DNA from: Candidatus Margulisiibacteriota bacterium
Lineage (GTDB): Bacteria; Margulisbacteria; WOR-1; O2-12-FULL-45-9
NCBI GenBank assembly: GCA_041658745.1
Contig: JBAZZP010000003.1
Span: 3,811-67,810, forward strand
DNA length: 64,000 nucleotides
Reading direction: 5' to 3'
Shown in pieces: positions 61,997 through 64,000 of the stretch. Below the pieces are notes generated by a model, which was not told where the DNA came from, searched no databases, and saw only the letters and a program-made list of their open reading frames with translations. Every line of letters begins with the position of its first letter. The stretch's first letter is position 1. The translations under genes and the position numbers were made by a program.

Positions 61997-63933
61997 GCGT
62001 TTTTGATCGGCAAAGTTATAATAAAAGTCGTCCCCTTCCCCTCTTGGCTACGAACCTTAATTGACCCCCCATGTTCTTCAATAATGCGCAAAGTTATGGG
62101 CAATCCCATTCCGGTTCCCGTCATTTTGGTGGTAAAAAATGGGTCAAACAAACTCTTCAAATGATCTTCGGGAATCCCTTCTCCTGAATCTGTGACTTCA
62201 ATAAAAACCACCGGTTGCGGTTTGGTCAATTCTTCTTCGCCTTCACCCCAAACCATTTCTTCGCCATGACGGTTTCCTTCCTTGGACACTTTGCCCAGTT
62301 TTATTACTTCGCCAACGTCCGTTTTAACAATTAATTCTCCACCTTTTTCATGCATGGCTTCAATGGCGTTTTTCACAATATTAACAAAGACTTGCTGCAA
62401 CTGGCCGGCATCACCGGTCACTTCGGGGATTTGGGCAAATTTTTTGGTCACCCGCACATTGTATTTTTTCGTTTCGCTCTCAAACAACAATAAAACTTCA
62501 TCTAGCAAAGAATTTACATCAGCTTGCGTCAATTCTGGTTTCATCGGCCGGCCAAATTTTAGTAAACTTTCAGCAATTCGGTTAATCCTTTCAATTTCGG
62601 TAGGTATAATTTTAGAAAATTTATCCCTAAATTCCTTATCGTCCCATTTTTGCTGTAATAATTGGGTAAATGTTCTCAAGGACACCAGTGGGTTTTTGAT
62701 CTCGTGCGCCATACCGGCGGCCATCGTACCAAGTGATGCTAATTTTTCAGACAAAATTAAACGCTCCTGGCTATCGCGCAAATCCTTGGTCATTTGGTTA
62801 AAGGCGACAGCTAGTTTTCCTATTTCATCCGAAGAATCAACCGCAATTTTCCAATGCAGGTCACCACGCGCTACGGCCTCGGTTCCAATAGTTAATTCCT
62901 TGACCGGCCGCTCCAGCGAACTGGCAAAGAAAATACCAACCATAGTAGTTAATATAATTCCGGCAATTACAAAGAGCAGTGAATTGGTTTCCAGCCGACG
63001 CATTTCAAAATAGGCCGAATTCATCGGTTCTTGTACTACAAGCAGCCAGCCATATTTACTGATTGGGACATAGGCTCCCACCATCCATTTTCCCAGCTCT
63101 CCCATAAATTCTCCGCCGCTTGGCATGGGATTAGCTAATCCTTGGCGGACACTCTCGTTGCTTAAAATATTTTCATGCTGTAGCGCCAGCTTCTCATCAG
63201 GATGCGCAATCACCGTGCCTTTTTTATCTACAATAAAAGCAAAGGCAAAACTGCTCCCTTTGGTTTCGCTGACTAATTTTTGTAAATATTCATGGGATGG
63301 CTGCTTTGGCGATAAATTGATTTTTTCAGCCATTTCCTCAGCTGTGCGCAGATAGCTGTTAATAATTGATTTTGACAAAGCTTGTTTGCTGATATTTATA
63401 GTTGCTAGAGTTGTGGCTTCAAATAAAATAACAATTAATAGAACAAAAATCAGCAACAACTTAAACAATAAGCGCGTACGTAAAAAACGTAAAGGTCGAA
63501 TCGCCTCGGGCGAATCGGGCGGAATAATTTCCGCCAGCAAGAAAACCAGGGTGGCCAAAAGCAGCAAGAGCCAAACACCAAGCAAAAAAGCACTTTCACC
63601 AAAACGGATATAGAAAAAATTAAAGAGCATTGATAAAAAGTATAATAACCCAGCCGCTGCCAACCAAAGAGCCAAAATTCGCTCCCCTTTGATCTTGCGC
63701 AAAGCATAAATAATTGAAAAAATAGCCAGCATTAAGCAAACTATGGCGAATAATGGTTTGCCGGGAACAATTTGTGAAAATAAAACTACCGGCTCTAAGA
63801 TTCCTTCGCGATAAATTAGATTAACGGATGAGATAATAATCTGATAAACAAAAAACGCTCCGCCCAAAAGAATTGGGACAAACGTCCAACGCATTATGCG
63901 GGCATTGATTCTCTCAAAAATAAAACACCACAA
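61993..63933 (-). CDS. Sensor histidine kinase (multi-TM, extracytoplasmic sensor, HAMP, HisKA, HATPase_c)
   Basis: About six N-terminal TM segments, HAMP 'DEIGKLAVAFNQMTKDL', H-box 'MAHEIKNPL', N-box 'NIVKNAIEAM' and G-boxes 'TDSGEGIP' and 'GTGMGLPI'. The N-terminus lies near the window edge. Confidence 0.85.
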   Translation of the reverse strand: MWCFIFERINARIMRWTFVPILLGGAFFVYQIIISSVNLIYREGILEPVVLFSQIVPGKPLFAIVCLMLAIFSIIYALRKIKGERILALWLAAAGLLYFLSMLFNFFYIRFGESAFLLGVWLLLLLATLVFLLAEIIPPDSPEAIRPLRFLRTRLLFKLLLIFVLLIVILFEATTLATINISKQALSKSIINSYLRTAEEMAEKINLSPKQPSHEYLQKLVSETKGSSFAFAFIVDKKGTVIAHPDEKLALQHENILSNESVRQGLANPMPSGGEFMGELGKWMVGAYVPISKYGWLLVVQEPMNSAYFEMRRLETNSLLFVIAGIILTTMVGIFFASSLERPVKELTIGTEAVARGDLHWKIAVDSSDEIGKLAVAFNQMTKDLRDSQERLILSEKLASLGTMAAGMAHEIKNPLVSLRTFTQLLQQKWDDKEFRDKFSKIIPTEIERINRIAESLLKFGRPMKPELTQADVNSLLDEVLLLFESETKKYNVRVTKKFAQIPEVTGDAGQLQQVFVNIVKNAIEAMHEKGGELIVKTDVGEVIKLGKVSKEGNRHGEEMVWGEGEEELTKPQPVVFIEVTDSGEGIPEDHLKSLFDPFFTTKMTGTGMGLPITLRIIEEHGGSIKVRSQEGKGTTFIITLPIKNA

Positions 63934-64000
63934 CAGAATAATACAAAGAATTAGGCCAACTGAAATAGCTTTATGGATTTGGATTAATTCGGCTAGGCCC

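Noticed and set aside
62282-63013. 243-aa plus-strand ORF inside the histidine kinase gene
   Set aside because: It is antisense to a gene with complete HAMP, H-box, N-box and G-box motifs.

Overview
This is a 64-kb chromosomal segment from an uncultivated-looking, moderately AT-rich diderm bacterium. I call about 51 protein genes and one tmRNA. I recognised no rRNA, tRNA, CRISPR array, transposase, integrase or phage genes.

The core gene order resembles Bacillota: pgsA-cinA-recA-rny-ymdB, gmk-rpoZ-coaBC-(insert)-priA, and clpC-radA. The window nevertheless also encodes a TamB-BamA outer-membrane assembly pair.

Other housekeeping genes are valS, rsmG, smpB, ssrA, dapB, dut, an M16 peptidase, nadD, proA, pyrC, rnc, a leuC-type dehydratase and a sensor histidine kinase. 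A large alpha-glucan locus holds three GH57 paralogues, a GalT-like transferase, a DUF4912 protein, a sugar-1-P nucleotidyltransferase/phosphohexomutase fusion and glgA.

Four things stand out.
1. Heptanucleotide tandem arrays occur repeatedly. They are mainly (CTTGTNN)n with a conserved GAATTTTGT flank, plus TTTGGGA, AACTCCN and CATTTGN arrays. They sit in frame inside essential genes: valS (three CTTGTNN copies plus one CATTTGN array), priA, radA and coaBC. One more sits in the DUF4912 gene.
2. A (T/A)GCTAWAAT extended -10 box lies 5-14 nt upstream of at least 11 start codons. This implies widespread leaderless or near-leaderless transcription.
3. An orphan 1377-aa plus 167-aa gene pair follows clpC-radA. 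Both genes have strong Shine-Dalgarno (SD) sites, and I saw no recognisable motif in either protein.
4. The tmRNA has an unusually long in-frame tag. It is separated from smpB by two small orphan ORFs and flanked by an Avd-like four-helix-bundle gene.

All functional calls rest on motifs read by eye from the supplied translations. No database search was possible.
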